The translations under genes were made by a program, and so were the position numbers. A stretch of 64,000 nt of DNA, taken from NCBI GenBank assembly GCA_030390025.1, contig CM059433.1, forward strand, positions 16,990,001-17,054,000. The letters are read 5' to 3'. The DNA comes from Squalus acanthias. Taxonomy: Eukaryota. Shown in pieces: positions 1 to 11,346 of the stretch. Numbering within the stretch: the first letter of the stretch is position 1; each line of letters opens with the position of its first letter. Under the pieces are notes generated by a model. The model was not told the origin of the DNA. It did not search any database and worked only from the letters and a program-made list of their open reading frames with translations.

Positions 1-2291
1 TTCCGGGTACAGGAGTTTTCCCCATTAGTGGTCATGGATTATTTATGTTTTATACATTTTGCATGACTTAGAAGTACATGAAAACATATTTTGGAATAAA
101 CTGCACCACTGATGAACTTTATACTTTCATTAAACTAAACACAACTTTGTCAAGCTGGTTTTGATGTTATGTAATAATTTTAAGACTTTTACTTTGCAGA
201 TTTGTTAACTGCTTGCCTAATGTTCAGAGAGGCTTGCCACATTTAAACACATGTTTCCTTTAATGCATCATTTCAGTGGTACATGAAACACCAGTGCCAC
301 TGGAATTAAAAAGCATCAATGTAGTGCTCGTTTCTTATCGAACTATGCATTTCCCGATTTTATTTTTGCAGATGAAATTAAATTTTGCAGTGAACTAATT
401 CAACACTAGAAAGCCAGAATAAGAGATTGTATTTATTATTTACTTTTAACACTTTTTGGTCCCCATTGCCTTCCACCTAGCAGTCTTCTTATTGATAATG
501 GGACAGGTTAGGGAATGGTCTTCCTCATCACTGCTAGCCACTGCTGTTCCATGATCAGCCAGTAAGAGGTGCACCTTAATGCGCAATGAGCCAACAATGA
601 CAGCCACAAATTAGCTCACTTCAGAGTGGATTTGCATCAAATGCAGACAACATTATTGCATTTTAGTTTTTTTTGCCTTAAAAAAAAATTCAGAGTGCCA
701 GACCCCTAAACTGCTTAAAATACGTTGGAAAGAATTATGGTTTTATGAAAAATAAACCGCTCATAATATTAAGCCACATAATTTTGCGTAAGCCTGTCTA
801 GCTCATCAATCCTGCATTAAGCGCAAATTAAATGTAGAAATTTGCTATGCTCCCGGCATGACTCCTGATCTCGGCCACTGGCCCCGACGCAATTCCCACT
901 CGGGGTTACGGCGAGAGCCACAAGTAGCATGTTCCTCTGTGGGGGCACTGGAGCCCCGAGTGAGGTGGGTCCTGGAAAGTGTGCACCTTTGCACAGGCAC
1001 ATGATGCTTGGTTACACTGGGCGCTGAACACAGGGAGATGGCTGGCTGGTCAGGGATCACGATGTACAGAGGGGAGAGTGTATCCAGAATCGGGGACCTT
1101 CAGATCTCTCGTGCTGTTTTGCAAGTGGAGGGAGTTGTTAGAGACAAGCTGAAGGATAAGTATGAGATCTTTCAGGACTTCTTTTTTGTAGATATTTGTT
1201 ATGTAATAAATTTTATTTTTAAGAGGTATATCATAGAACAGATGAAGAAGGGTTGTAGCAGCTATAACTCAAAACTTTTCCTGGAATGTGTCTGGGTAGA
1301 ATTTCTTTTAGTCGGTGTGACTGAGGATAAAAATTTAAATGGGGACAGGGGGGTCAAGTTTTGCATAATACAATTGGTGAATAACAAAGTAGAAAGTAAC
1401 CGGAAAAAAAAGGACTTAAACCCTTAGGGAGGAAGAAAACTGGTCATGAAATAAATGAAAGACTCCTCATATGCAACAGACAGAAGAAACTTTATAATCA
1501 TCAACAGGATAAATGAACATTCCCAACAATACATTAATGGGATTAGCCTTTCCCCACCCTCTATCATAGGCATAAAAATTATGTACAATATTTAATAGTG
1601 GATTGAAAGTTGAGTTGCACTAAATAGCTCAACGTCACAAGAGAATTTAGCAGAGGTACAATTATATATTTCAGTCCCTAGATTTGAAGGGATGCATTAA
1701 TCAAATGACCATAAAATGCAAAAATACATGATTATCTGAAAATTGCACTCAATGTACTGAAAATTGAGAATCCCACTCTCCACGAGCATTGGCAAAAGCA
1801 GCATTTATTGAACGTGCTGTCTCTTCCGATAGATCTTGTACAGGTGTGATTGTGAAAACACGGTCAGACTGCAACTGCATGCTAGCAGTGATCTAGTACA
1901 TGTACGACAGCAACAGAACTTAGTTACAAAAAAAACACGTAGCCATTAACTTCAAAATTACATGGGGCAAGGATTTCCTCTGTGTGCTATTGCTAATGAA
2001 ATCATAAACCCATAGAAGTTTACACCACAGAAGGAAGTGATTTGGCCCCATCGTGTCTCTGCTGGCTCTTTGCTAACGCAACCCAAAACTAAACCAACTG
2101 CCCTACTCTCTCCCTATAGCCTTTCCTCGGCTTCAAATGTGTATTCAATTTTCCCCCAAAAGCTTCAATGGTCTCTGCCTCAAATACTCCCTGTGGCATT
2201 GCATTCAACGCTGCTGTGTAAAGAAATGTTTCCTAACCTTCTCTCCTCATTGTTTTAGTGTATATTTTAAATTGATTAGGGAGTTTAAATA

Positions 2292-2394
2292 GGGGATAAA
2301 ACTGGTCCTTGTCGATAGTGTGAAATGGCTGCTAACGAATCGGCAGGCTGTTTTACACCAATTTGCGTCATCGCCGAAGACCAATTTCACTCCC
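2292..2394. mobile_element. Short Harbinger-type MITE
   Basis: Imperfect TIRs GGGGATAAAACTGGTC / GACCAATTTCACTCCC; 3-bp TSD ATA; splits a CR1 fragment. Confidence 0.7.
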
Positions 2395-2488
2395 ATAATC
2401 TTTCTCTATTCGCTATCAAAACCTTGCATAACTTTAAAAACCTCTATTCAATCTCTTCTTAGCCTCCTCTGCTTCAGGGGGAGTAAAA

Positions 2489-2595
2489 AAAAAAGACTTG
2501 CATTTATATAGCGCCCATCATGACCACCGGACATCTCAAAGCGCTTTACAGCCAATGAAGTACTTTGAGTGTAGTCACTGTTGTAATGTGGGAAA
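2489..2595 (-). mobile_element. 3' fragment of a Deu-type SINE (L2-like tail)
   Basis: Matches the reverse complement of the 3' end of the SINE at 32761-33190; nearly identical to 45662-45773. Confidence 0.75.
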
Positions 2596-3428
2596 TGACT
2601 GTAGTTTTTCATCCCTAGCATCATCCTGGTGACTCTGCACGATACGCTCTGTATCCTTTCTATACGGAGGTCTCAAAACTGCACAAAGCACTCCAACTGT
2701 GGCCTAACCATTGCCTACACAGATTTTTTCATCAGTTCTTTGCTCTTGTACGCTATGTCCCTATTTTAAAACCCATTCAGATTTACGATTTTGTTATACA
2801 GCACAGAGGAAATATATCCCGATGGTTTTAGACCTCTAGAATTCTTCAATCGGGATACATGAAAGGGATCATTATAAATCCTCCATGCTCTGGAGTCAGC
2901 TCCTGCTGTCATATGCAGCTAAATTCACTATAATTTTGTAGTTGGTGAACTGCTTTAGGAGATAGGGAATATGAGTATACGTAATATATTTTGATATATA
3001 TTAGTGCTCTATTTGAGATATATTAATGAACTAGACTTGGGTATACAGGGCATAATGTCAAAGTTTGCAGATGACATGAAACTTGGAAATGTAGTAAACA
3101 GTGAGGAGGATAGTAACAGACTGGTGAAAATGGGCAGACTCATGGCAGCTGAAATTTAACAGAAGTGTGAAGTTTGGTAGGAAGAATGAGGAGAGGCAAG
3201 AGAAACTAAATGGTACAAGGGGGTGCAGGAAGAGAGAGACCTTGTGGGTGTATGTACACAAATCTTTGAAGGTGGCAGGACAAGTTGAGAAGGCTGTTAA
3301 AAAAAACATACGGGATCCTTGGCTTTATAAATAGAGGTCATGATGCGGAGATGCCGGTGTTGGACTGGGGTGGACAAAATTGAGAGGTCGCACAACACCA
3401 GGTTATAGTCCAACAGTTTTATTTGAAA

Positions 3429-3470
3429 TCACAAGCTTTCGGAGCTATCGATTGCTCCTTCCTCAGGTGA
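3429..3470 (-). ncRNA. Minimal type I hammerhead ribozyme (mirror copy, sense to the TDRP transcript)
   Basis: Exact reverse complement of 3625-3666. Confidence 0.8.
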
Positions 3471-3624
3471 AGTAAATTAGATACAGAATCGCCAAAGCAT
3501 ATATAGATAGAAAACAAAGCATGTGTACCTTACAATTGCAGACCACTAGTGGTCTGCAATTGTAAGGTACACATGCTTTGTTTTCTATCTATATATGCTT
3601 TGGCGATTCTGTATCTAATTTACT

Positions 3625-3666
3625 TCACCTGAGGAAGGAGCAATCGATAGCTCCGAAAGCTTGTGA
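3625..3666 (+). ncRNA. Minimal type I hammerhead ribozyme
   Basis: TCAC-CTGAGGA-A-GGAGC(aatcgata)GCTCC-GAAA-GC-TT-GTGA: stem I TCAC/GTGA, CUGANGA core, stem II, GAAA, palindromic AAGCTT stem III. AATAAA follows. Confidence 0.8.
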
Positions 3667-4320
3667 TTTCAAATAAAACTGATGGACTATAACCTGGTGT
3701 TGTGCGACCTCTCAATTTTATAAATAGAGACAGAGTACAAACGCAAGGAAGTTATACTAAAGCTTTATAAAACACTGGTTAGGCCCTAGCTGGAGTATTG
3801 TATCCTATTCTGGGCACCACACTTTAGGAAGCATGTCCAAGTCAGAGAGGATGCAGAGGAAATTTACTAGAATGATACCAGGGAAGAAAGACTTTAGTTA
3901 CGTGGAAAGACTAGAGAAACCGGGGTTGTTCTCCTTAAAGCAGAGAAGGTTAAAGGGAGGTTTGATAGAGGTGTTCAAAATTTGGAAGCATTTTGATAGC
4001 GTAAATAAAGAGAAACTGTTTCCAGTTGCAGAAGGGTCATTAACCAGAGGACACAGATTTAAGGTAATCAGCAAAAGAACCAGAGGCGACATGAGGAAAA
4101 TGTTTTTACACAGCCTTTGATCTGGAATGCACTGCCTCAAGGGTGGTGGAAGCAGATTCAATTGTAACTTTCAAAAGGGAACCGATATAAACTTGAAAAG
4201 GAGAAATTTGCAGGGCTATGGGGCAAGAGCAGGGGAGTGGGACTAATTGGATAGCTCGGTCAAAGAGCCTGCACAGGCACGAAGGGCTGAATGGCCTCCT
4301 TCTGTTCTGTATAATTCTAT

Positions 4321-5198
4321 GGGGGAAAAATTCAGTATCACCCCGTTTGGGGCGCAATTATCGGCCGGGCGCAAAGATTAGCGCATGGCGCTAATTATCA
4401 CCTCCGACTGCAAACTTGACTTTTAATCGCCCCTGGAGGTGATTGGAGCACTAAATCAGGCGCTACACATCTGTCTTAAGGCGCAAAGGCCGAGGAGCGA
4501 GGCGCTAACGAAGCTCATGTGATGTCAGTCAGCAATGGAACACAGACACAATGGCCCCGGCCAGTTCTTAAAGGGGAGGGTTGATCTTGCTTTCCATCCA
4601 CATCCTGCTCATTGCAGCCTTGAATCTCGGCCTGGAGAGACCTGTACATCTAATCTGCTGGAAAGAACAATGGAGAGGCCCAGGGAAAGAGCTCAGAGTG
4701 CAGCCCCCACAGTCTCTTCTAAATCGATACAAGGAAGGGCAAATCAAAATGAACCTGCAAAGTGCTGCTCAGTACCCCAAACTCCTTCACACAGCGTTGA
4801 ATCTCTCCAGAAGTCAGTCTCTCTCTCTCTCTCTGTCTCTGAATGAGTGGTTCAAAAATGTCGCCAACAAAAAAAGGCAGGAAGCGGTCGCCTTTAAATA
4901 GCACTCCCCCAGTCCCTTCCTGACTGCAAAACGCTCCCCTCAACCTGTCGTTGCTAGCGGCAGGCGGTAAGGCAGGGGGCGCCACTCAATATCCGCTCCG
5001 GGTCGTTGCGCACTCAACTGACGTCACGATCTGCTGGCGCAGGAGATCGTGGCGGTACTGTTTAGCGCCGCCGCAAAATGTCTAGTTAATTTCACGAGCG
5101 GCGCAAACATCGCCGCGCCCAGGCGCTAGTTGCTTTGCGCCCCATTAGCGCCCTCTTAAGGCGCTAATGGGAGGCGCAACCAACTGAATTTTTCCCCC
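4321..5198. mobile_element. Non-autonomous Harbinger-type DNA transposon (about 880 bp)
   Basis: TIRs GGGGGAAAAATTCAG / CTGAATTTTTCCCCC; TSD TAT at 4318-4320 and 5199-5201; homologous inverted copy at 40726-41618. Confidence 0.85.
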
Positions 5199-5286
5199 TA
5201 TGACTCGAAGTGGTTAAAGAAAGAGTCAAATACGCAAAAGGAAAAAAGACAGACAGGTAGACACTGAGACAGACCGTGCGAGAGCA

Positions 5287-6170
5287 CAGTGGGTTCTCAC
5301 TCTGCTCCTTCACACTTGGGGTCTGTATTTGAATCTAATTCAGATGCAATAAAACGACTCTGCTAGCTGTAAGGAGTCCCTCGAGTCTCAACTCATTTTC
5401 TCAAGGATCAGAGTTCATAGCACAAGAACTATGCGCCCAAAATTCTAATATGGTCACTCTTCTGCCAGCGGAAGAGCAGCAGAGAACATCTCAAGTCTGC
5501 AGACATCAAGGGTCCCAGACTCCATCTCAATTTATGAGGATGGGGTAATGCCTGAGAGAGAGCGCAGCAACAGCACCCACCCCGAACAGTTGGCAACAAA
5601 AATCAGAGCACCATGCCGCTCCAGTAGAGGAAGGGCCGAACCAAAAAGAGTACTTTTTTTTTTAATCCTCAGCTCCTAGTGGAGCTGGCAGAGCAGTCTC
5701 TGAAGGCAATCGATTCTCTCCAGGATCTTTGGCTGCAAGACTTCTGAGGCCCATCACTGATCCTCATCCGGACTTACACCAGCTCTTAGGATCCCCCAGG
5801 AATTCCTCCAGAGATGCCCCATTGAACTGGGGGAGGTGGGAAAAACCTCTTCTTTCCCCCAACCCCCACCCCCTCCGCTCCCGCAAACTGGCATTGGCTC
5901 CGCTGTAGAAATGTGGCAGAGTCCCAGTGGATCTGCCCCATTTTCCAAACCATCTGCAGGGTTTTCGCCCAAGGCCCCACATCAGATTTTCAGGTCATAG
6001 GAGTTTTCCTTAGAAAAGCTGCAAGAATGGATGTTTTAGAAAATGAAAAATCTCATGGTGGTGTAGTGGGGGGCTGTTTTGAAGTTGGATGCAAGAAACA
6101 TTGCTGGAGCAAAGCAGAGGAAGCTTCACTCTGCATCTGGCGCCCAACGTACCTAATCTAGACTGAGTGA
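5287..6170 (+). mobile_element. Degenerate LF-SINE-like element split by a DNA-transposon-like insert (about 5435-5997)
   Basis: 5287-5435 resembles the LF-SINE head and 6020-6170 its 3' part, from recalled consensus; highly diverged. Confidence 0.4.
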
Positions 6171-6684
6171 CGAAAGTTGGAAAAAAACATATTATATTTC
6201 CCATTCTCGACATCCTTCACTTACCGGGGTCAAAGCTCACTCCCTAAAAATGGAGGCATGTATGATATGGTAGCTGAATTGAACTGAAACGTTTTTAATT
6301 AAAGAAAACTCACTGGTGCCTCAGGCAGAAAATATATACGTACTTGACCATACTTTTCCCAACCAGCAGTGTGTAAAATTCACGAGTGTACAAACGTCAG
6401 GTAGTGCTCCACATCACGCTCGTGTGAAAAGATAAATTGACATTTCCTCAGTGTTTGGTATATCCCATTGACTTTCAGCCAGAAAGTAATTGCCCCAGTC
6501 AGAATGGTCACCAAATGTGGACAGTGACATACAATGCTAGACAATCAATCAATGTAAGCTACCAAGTAATCAATTCTGGTACAATTACAATGATAATGTA
6601 AAAAAAATGAATAATAAAAGATTTGAAGCACAGTACTACTCGTGGCACTATGAATCTATTGGACACAGTTGATCTATTCTGTCG

Positions 6685-6740
6685 TCATTACTAATTTATA
6701 ATATTGCTCCCATCATTACTAATTTATAATATTGTTCCCA
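6685..6740. repeat. 28-bp tandem duplication
   Basis: TCATTACTAATTTATAATATTG(C/T)TCCCA twice. Confidence 0.9.
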
Positions 6741-7003
6741 TCGCCGAACAGCACATTTTAACTGAACAACATACGCAGCATAAATGCAATGAGTAACAAT
6801 GCAGCTATTGATCTATCCCCTTCACTGTTTAGACTAATACAGTTTAATGAGAAAGTAAAGATGTTTAGCTGCAATAAAGTTTAGCTCCAATTGCAAAAAT
6901 AATTTTTTAAAAAAGTTTTTTTTTTTTAAAAACGAGTATGTGGAAAATTTCACAGCAATCCATCAAAGTAGACAAGGGAATCTGAGTGAAAGCAGACTCC
7001 TAC

Positions 7004-7063
7004 CTTTGTAGCAAGCTGTGAGACAGAACTTGTAGCCTCTTCTGGAAGCAATGGGTCCTTACT
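7004..7063 (-). CDS. TDRP: TDRP-family coding exon 2
   Basis: 60-nt phase-0 exon SKDPLLPEEATSSVSQLATK between acceptor gtttcag| and donor |gtagga. SSVSQLAxK precedes the conserved VQG..W block in non-mammalian TDRP-family proteins, from memory. The next exon was not found, so it probably lies left of position 1. Confidence 0.75.
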
Positions 7064-8030
7064 CTGAAACAAGTCATGAAACAGACATTCCAAATATGTT
7101 ACTGTTCACGGAGAAGGCAATACAATCTCAACAGCACGAAGCATGAGAACGAAAAATCCTATGAAGCCAGACCTTAAAAGGCAATCAATGCAATATCGTA
7201 CCAGTGCATCAAGCCTTTATTCTGTTTTGGATGTTAAGTTGGGCGAAATGTTGAAGCAACGTAAAACTACAAATGCTATTATTAATCTGGATGGCAACTG
7301 AAAGATCACCCTCCCCTTAGATTCCTCATAGATCTGTCCTGATCCCTGACGAATTAAGCGTTTAAAAACCTTTGCACCTTCTAATATACAGTGGGGTTCA
7401 TTTTTTTTTTAAAACACACATTTCTCTCATTCCTCCCTGCTTCAATGTTGATCCCTATACCCCTGTTGCCACCTATGCTCCCCATCCCAGTCAGAGAGTG
7501 GGAAACGTTGTAACCTGCGGTCACTTCCACTGGCACTGTGCTGGGTCAGCTCGCTAGGAGCTGCACTCGAGCATTAGAGCACAGGGATCGTTCTCCAGCA
7601 GCCCCAGCCCCGGCAGACGAGTGAAGCTCGACCCCCTGGGGATCACTCGAATGCGGACATCCAAAAGACCCACCACCCCCATGTTCCTGTGAGCTGCAGG
7701 CCGAGAGGGGCCAAGGGTTTAATCTACTCTCTTGGCTGAATTCGGCTTTAATCAAGTTTTTTTAAAAAAAAAATAACTCCCGCCTCATATACGATTTTAT
7801 ATACACAAAAACAAAAAAATAAAACCTACTTCGGAAGGCCAGGCTGTGCATGAAGTTAACGGGCACTTGCACAGCATACACCCCTCTTCACTGAACATAA
7901 CGGGCTTGCAGTCCTGTGCCTTTGAGATCCAAGCTAATGCAGCAAAAAACAACCACATTTGCAGCCTTCCAGCAGACACTAGAAGATAATCTAATGAGTC
8001 AGGGAAGGGGGGAGAAAGAAAAGCTCGTAC

Positions 8031-8102
8031 CTTCGACACTTCCTGCGGCTTGTCATCCTCAGAGTCAGAATCTTTTAGTCCTTTATGCTTAATTTTCCAC
8101 AT
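8031..8102 (-). CDS. TDRP: TDRP-family (testis development-related protein) coding exon 1
   Basis: ATG-started 72-nt exon MWKIKHKGLKDSDSEDDKPQEVSK ending at donor AAG|GTACGA (phase 0). An MWK start followed by an acidic patch resembles TDRP N-termini as I recall them. Lies next to a CpG-richer region. Confidence 0.72.
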
Positions 8103-8700
8103 TTCTCGGGTTGTTTATTTTTGGAGCAAAAGCAGAATAATGGGTAGTAGGTTTCTTCTTTTTTTTATTATTATTCCTTTCTCTCTCTCTCTCTTTCTCT
8201 CGCTTCCAAACGCCGGAGGCTACATCGAGTTCAAACTCCTGAACACTGCGTGAGGGGGGGAGCAGCAACACATCGAGGCGCCCAGCACAGCCGCGGCACA
8301 CTAAGAAGAAACCTAGCCGGGGAGCTGGCGGCTGTCCAGCAGAACCGTTCTAATCTGTTCACATGATGAACCGATGTCAGCGCTCAGGAGGATTAGTTCG
8401 ACCAATCGCCGCAAGATCAAGGAATATCGTGCTTCCAGCCGACTGAGAAGTAAAGATCAAAGGGGGGGGGGGGGGGCTTGCAGCCGAAGAGAGCTTTTCT
8501 CCCAACCCCTCTCTCTCTCTCTCACCTGTGTGACTGTGACACACTCAACACCCAGCAGAAAGAAGTCTCAGCAACTGCCACCTCAGGAGCTCTTCAATGG
8601 GGTCCATTTATTGGCTTGCTTGTTGCCATGGTATCCCAGGGCTCGTTTTCATTGCTCGAGAGTTTGGCCAAATGCAAAAAAAAAAGGAGAGGATCATTTT
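8103..8700 (-). promoter_or_regulatory. 5'UTR and proximal promoter region of the TDRP-like gene
   Basis: Locally CpG-enriched, non-repetitive stretch directly upstream of the ATG. CCAAT motifs at about 8402 (+) and about 8610 (ATTGG). TSS not determinable. Confidence 0.5.
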
Positions 8701-10764
8701 AAAGGAAAAGTGCCCCCATGCTGGTGTAAACTAGCAATCTTTAATCTTACTTCATGAGACTCCAGTGTGATAGCCTTACTGTAATACAGGGTTTTTTTTT
8801 TGTGTCTCTTGATTGCACCAAAAAGAGCAGCCTTCCTGTATTGGAACTTGTGTGTGTGGGGGGGGGGGGGCATTCGGTCTCACCATGCTAACTAAACACG
8901 TGCACTTTTTTTTCCCCCGTTGTCAAATTGTGTGTCGAAATCTGAGAATTTGCATTAACTCGCCAAGCATGAAAGTCTGAACAGTTTGTCCTGACCTTAC
9001 AGTTGAGTAGATTTCTGCAGTAAAGTGCTCAGACCAGAGTTCATCCATAAAACTTGTTTTGATAGCCTGTGTGCTGGGAAGGGGTGTGTGTGTGGTGGGG
9101 GGGGGTGTTGCTATAGTAACTTAGGCTTAATCTTGATCATTTCCACACCAGCCATTTAGAAAATAAGCTTGGGTATACAGTTCGCAGCTTCAGGATATCC
9201 GAACAGGATGAAGATAAGATCAGAGTACTATGGAGACAGGTCAGGTGATCGGAATCTACCTTTTGCCCGCAGACTGCGTGAAGTGGGAGCTGTGCTGTCA
9301 TTCTTAAAAAATGAAGCGTCCAGCCGCTTACCTCCCCCACACACAACACATATGCACCACACAACACGTTGTGGGATTCGATTTTTAATTTAGTGTGACG
9401 CACGTACCAAAAACGCCTTTTGAATTCAAAAACTGTGCAGGGAAAGGACATGCAGAGTAAATCTGCCCACATCCAAAAAAATCATATTGATTTGTTTTCA
9501 GACAATTGAATTGCAAATGGACCCAGGCTTTTTTTTCTGCTGTTCGACTTTCTAACGCAAGAATTGCACTCCCTCTGAACAAAAATCTAATAAAAGATCC
9601 ATTATGTTACCAGTGGCTCACGCAGGCTGTATTTCAAAGTGAATGAATCTGTCAACTGAACAAGATAGCCATTTTAACTTAAATGTAGTTTCCTATAAAA
9701 TTCCACTCTAATATTTATTTAGTTATTTATAATGTTTTTTTCTAATCCACTGGAAAATGTTGCAGTTACTTTCCCCACAACATTGGTTAACCAGAATATT
9801 TAGAGAAGGTGTGGGCATTCCAAAAGAAATAGCGCATGAACTGTTATTATCAATCATTTCAAACAGATTCCTGGTGTTCTGTGAGGAATCTACATTTATT
9901 TTCAGAAGACAGGTCAAGATAAAAGTATCAGGTCAGTATTTCTGTCTGCGTTGCTGGAATTAGTTTGGCTGACAGCTTGGAAACCAAGGTTTCAGCCCAG
10001 TCTGTTTAGAATTTTTCAAAAGCCATTTGAATCCAAATCATTTTTTTAACTACCCCTGTTCCTGCTTCCCAAACATGAATATCCACACCAATAACCCTAG
10101 TACACCACACTGAGTCACAAATAGACAGTAGCATTTCCCTCTGCCCAACATTAACCTCCCTTCCCCCAATCAAATAGCCATTGGGAAACCTATTGGAAAA
10201 TGTCCCTTGATGACACTTTCTGCTCCCTTGATGATGACATACTGTTGCTCTAGGCAGCAGAGTTCCCCTATTAGATGTTTCTGCCTCCCTAGTTCAGGCT
10301 TCACTCATCAGACGCTTGGATAAATGAACATTCTACACTCTTAGATCCAATCAACCAGCTAAAAGCACCCAAACAAGCACAACAAATTCCTGAAACAATG
10401 ATTAAGGCGCCTGAAGGCATTTGATAATTATTGGAATGAACGTTTCCCCTGATCACCAGGACTCAAATTGTTTCCCTCAGTAGACAATTCAACACATGGA
10501 CAACACATTTATTTTCCCAATAGATGTTTCATAATCCATGGATGAGGGTTTCAGCAGTAGACTGATTATCATTCAGTCGCTACTCTAAACCCTATTCAAT
10601 GATGACTTTTCATTAAAATTGGCTTCAGGCTCTGTTGAAATTGCTTCAGTTAATGTCATCACTTCACCAATATAACCTTTCAAAAGGTTTAGTTTAGGCC
10701 CAACCATACCAGCCAAATTCAGGCAGAACTTGTTTTCTAGACTGATCCCACACTGAATATCAGT

Positions 10765-10978
10765 ATAACAACGGAAAATGCTGGAAACATTCAGCAGGCC
10801 AGGCAGCATCCGTGGAGAGAGAAACAGAGTTAACGTTTCAGTTCTGATGAAGGGTCCCAGACCTGAAACGTTAACTCTGTTTCTCTCTCCACAGATGCTG
10901 CCTGGCCTGCTGAGTGTTTCCAGCATTTTCTGTTGTTATTTCAGATTTCCAGCATCCGCAGTACTTTGCTATTGTCTC
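10765..10978. mobile_element. Penelope-like element (family B) fold-back insertion
   Basis: Inverted arms about 10765-10841 and 10863-10939, then a ~39-nt tail. TSD-like AATATCAGTAT (10756-10766) / AATATCAATAT (10979-10989). Homologous to the terminal repeat of the PLE at 11347-11490. Confidence 0.85.
10840..10876 (+). ncRNA. Minimal type I hammerhead ribozyme
   Basis: AGTT-CTGATGA-A-GGGTC(cca)GACCT-GAAA-CG-TT-AACT: intact core, stem I AGTT/AACT, palindromic AACGTT. Confidence 0.82.
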
Positions 10979-11346
10979 AATATCAATATCCTCTATTGAT
11001 AAATCAAAACACCTAATCTAACAGCATAGGCTAGTTTTTTCTATGAATACCACCCACATTTTGGGGCTAGGATCTGTTCTGCTGGATCATCACCCACATG
11101 AACACCTGGTCAATTTTCTGCCATTCTCTTGAGCTGCTGCATCTGCAACCTTGCCCTATGCAGGGATCTGAGGGGGCGCTGGCAGAAGGGGATTCATGTT
11201 CTGCTACACTGACAGATAGTAGCATTATCTGAGTACAGTCTTGCCATGCCCCTAGTACCAGACACTGGCCTTACATGGTTACCGATCTATGAGGAAGCAG
11301 GTTTAATAGTGCCAGTATGATCAGTGAAGTCCCATGAGATATTAAT

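Larger units (their letters stand above)
2018..2770 (-). mobile_element. Degenerate CR1 LINE 3' fragment, interrupted by a MITE and a SINE tail
   Basis: Reverse complement resembles the CR1 3' end at 3720-4317. Confidence 0.75.
3341..3719. mobile_element. Penelope-like element (family A) fold-back insertion: 35-nt tail plus 344-bp palindrome
   Basis: 3376-3719 is self-complementary about ACTAGT (3545-3550) with one mismatch. TTTATAAATAGAG is duplicated at 3324-3336 and 3717-3729. Arms are near-identical to the ends of the GIY-YIG-containing element at 27812-28665. Confidence 0.9.
3022..4317 (+). mobile_element. CR1 LINE ORF2 3' fragment and tail
   Basis: Decayed RT C-terminus (SKFADD, then QRKFTRMIPG..RLEKPGLFSL..RRLKGGLIEVFKI..TRGHRFK) followed by the CR1 3' tail. 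Interrupted by a Penelope palindrome. Confidence 0.9.

Noticed and set aside
1008..1427. 139-aa plus-strand ORF
   Set aside because: Non-ATG start, no recognisable motif, antisense within the presumed TDRP intron; probably decayed repeat.
4535..4985. Overlapping ~100-aa ORFs conserved between 4535-4985 and 40846-41392
   Set aside because: They lie within two copies of the same non-autonomous transposon; similarity reflects DNA identity, and I see no recognisable domain.
7797..8030. Extension of the 101-aa ORF past TDRP exon 1
   Set aside because: Read-through into the intron beyond a good GT donor.
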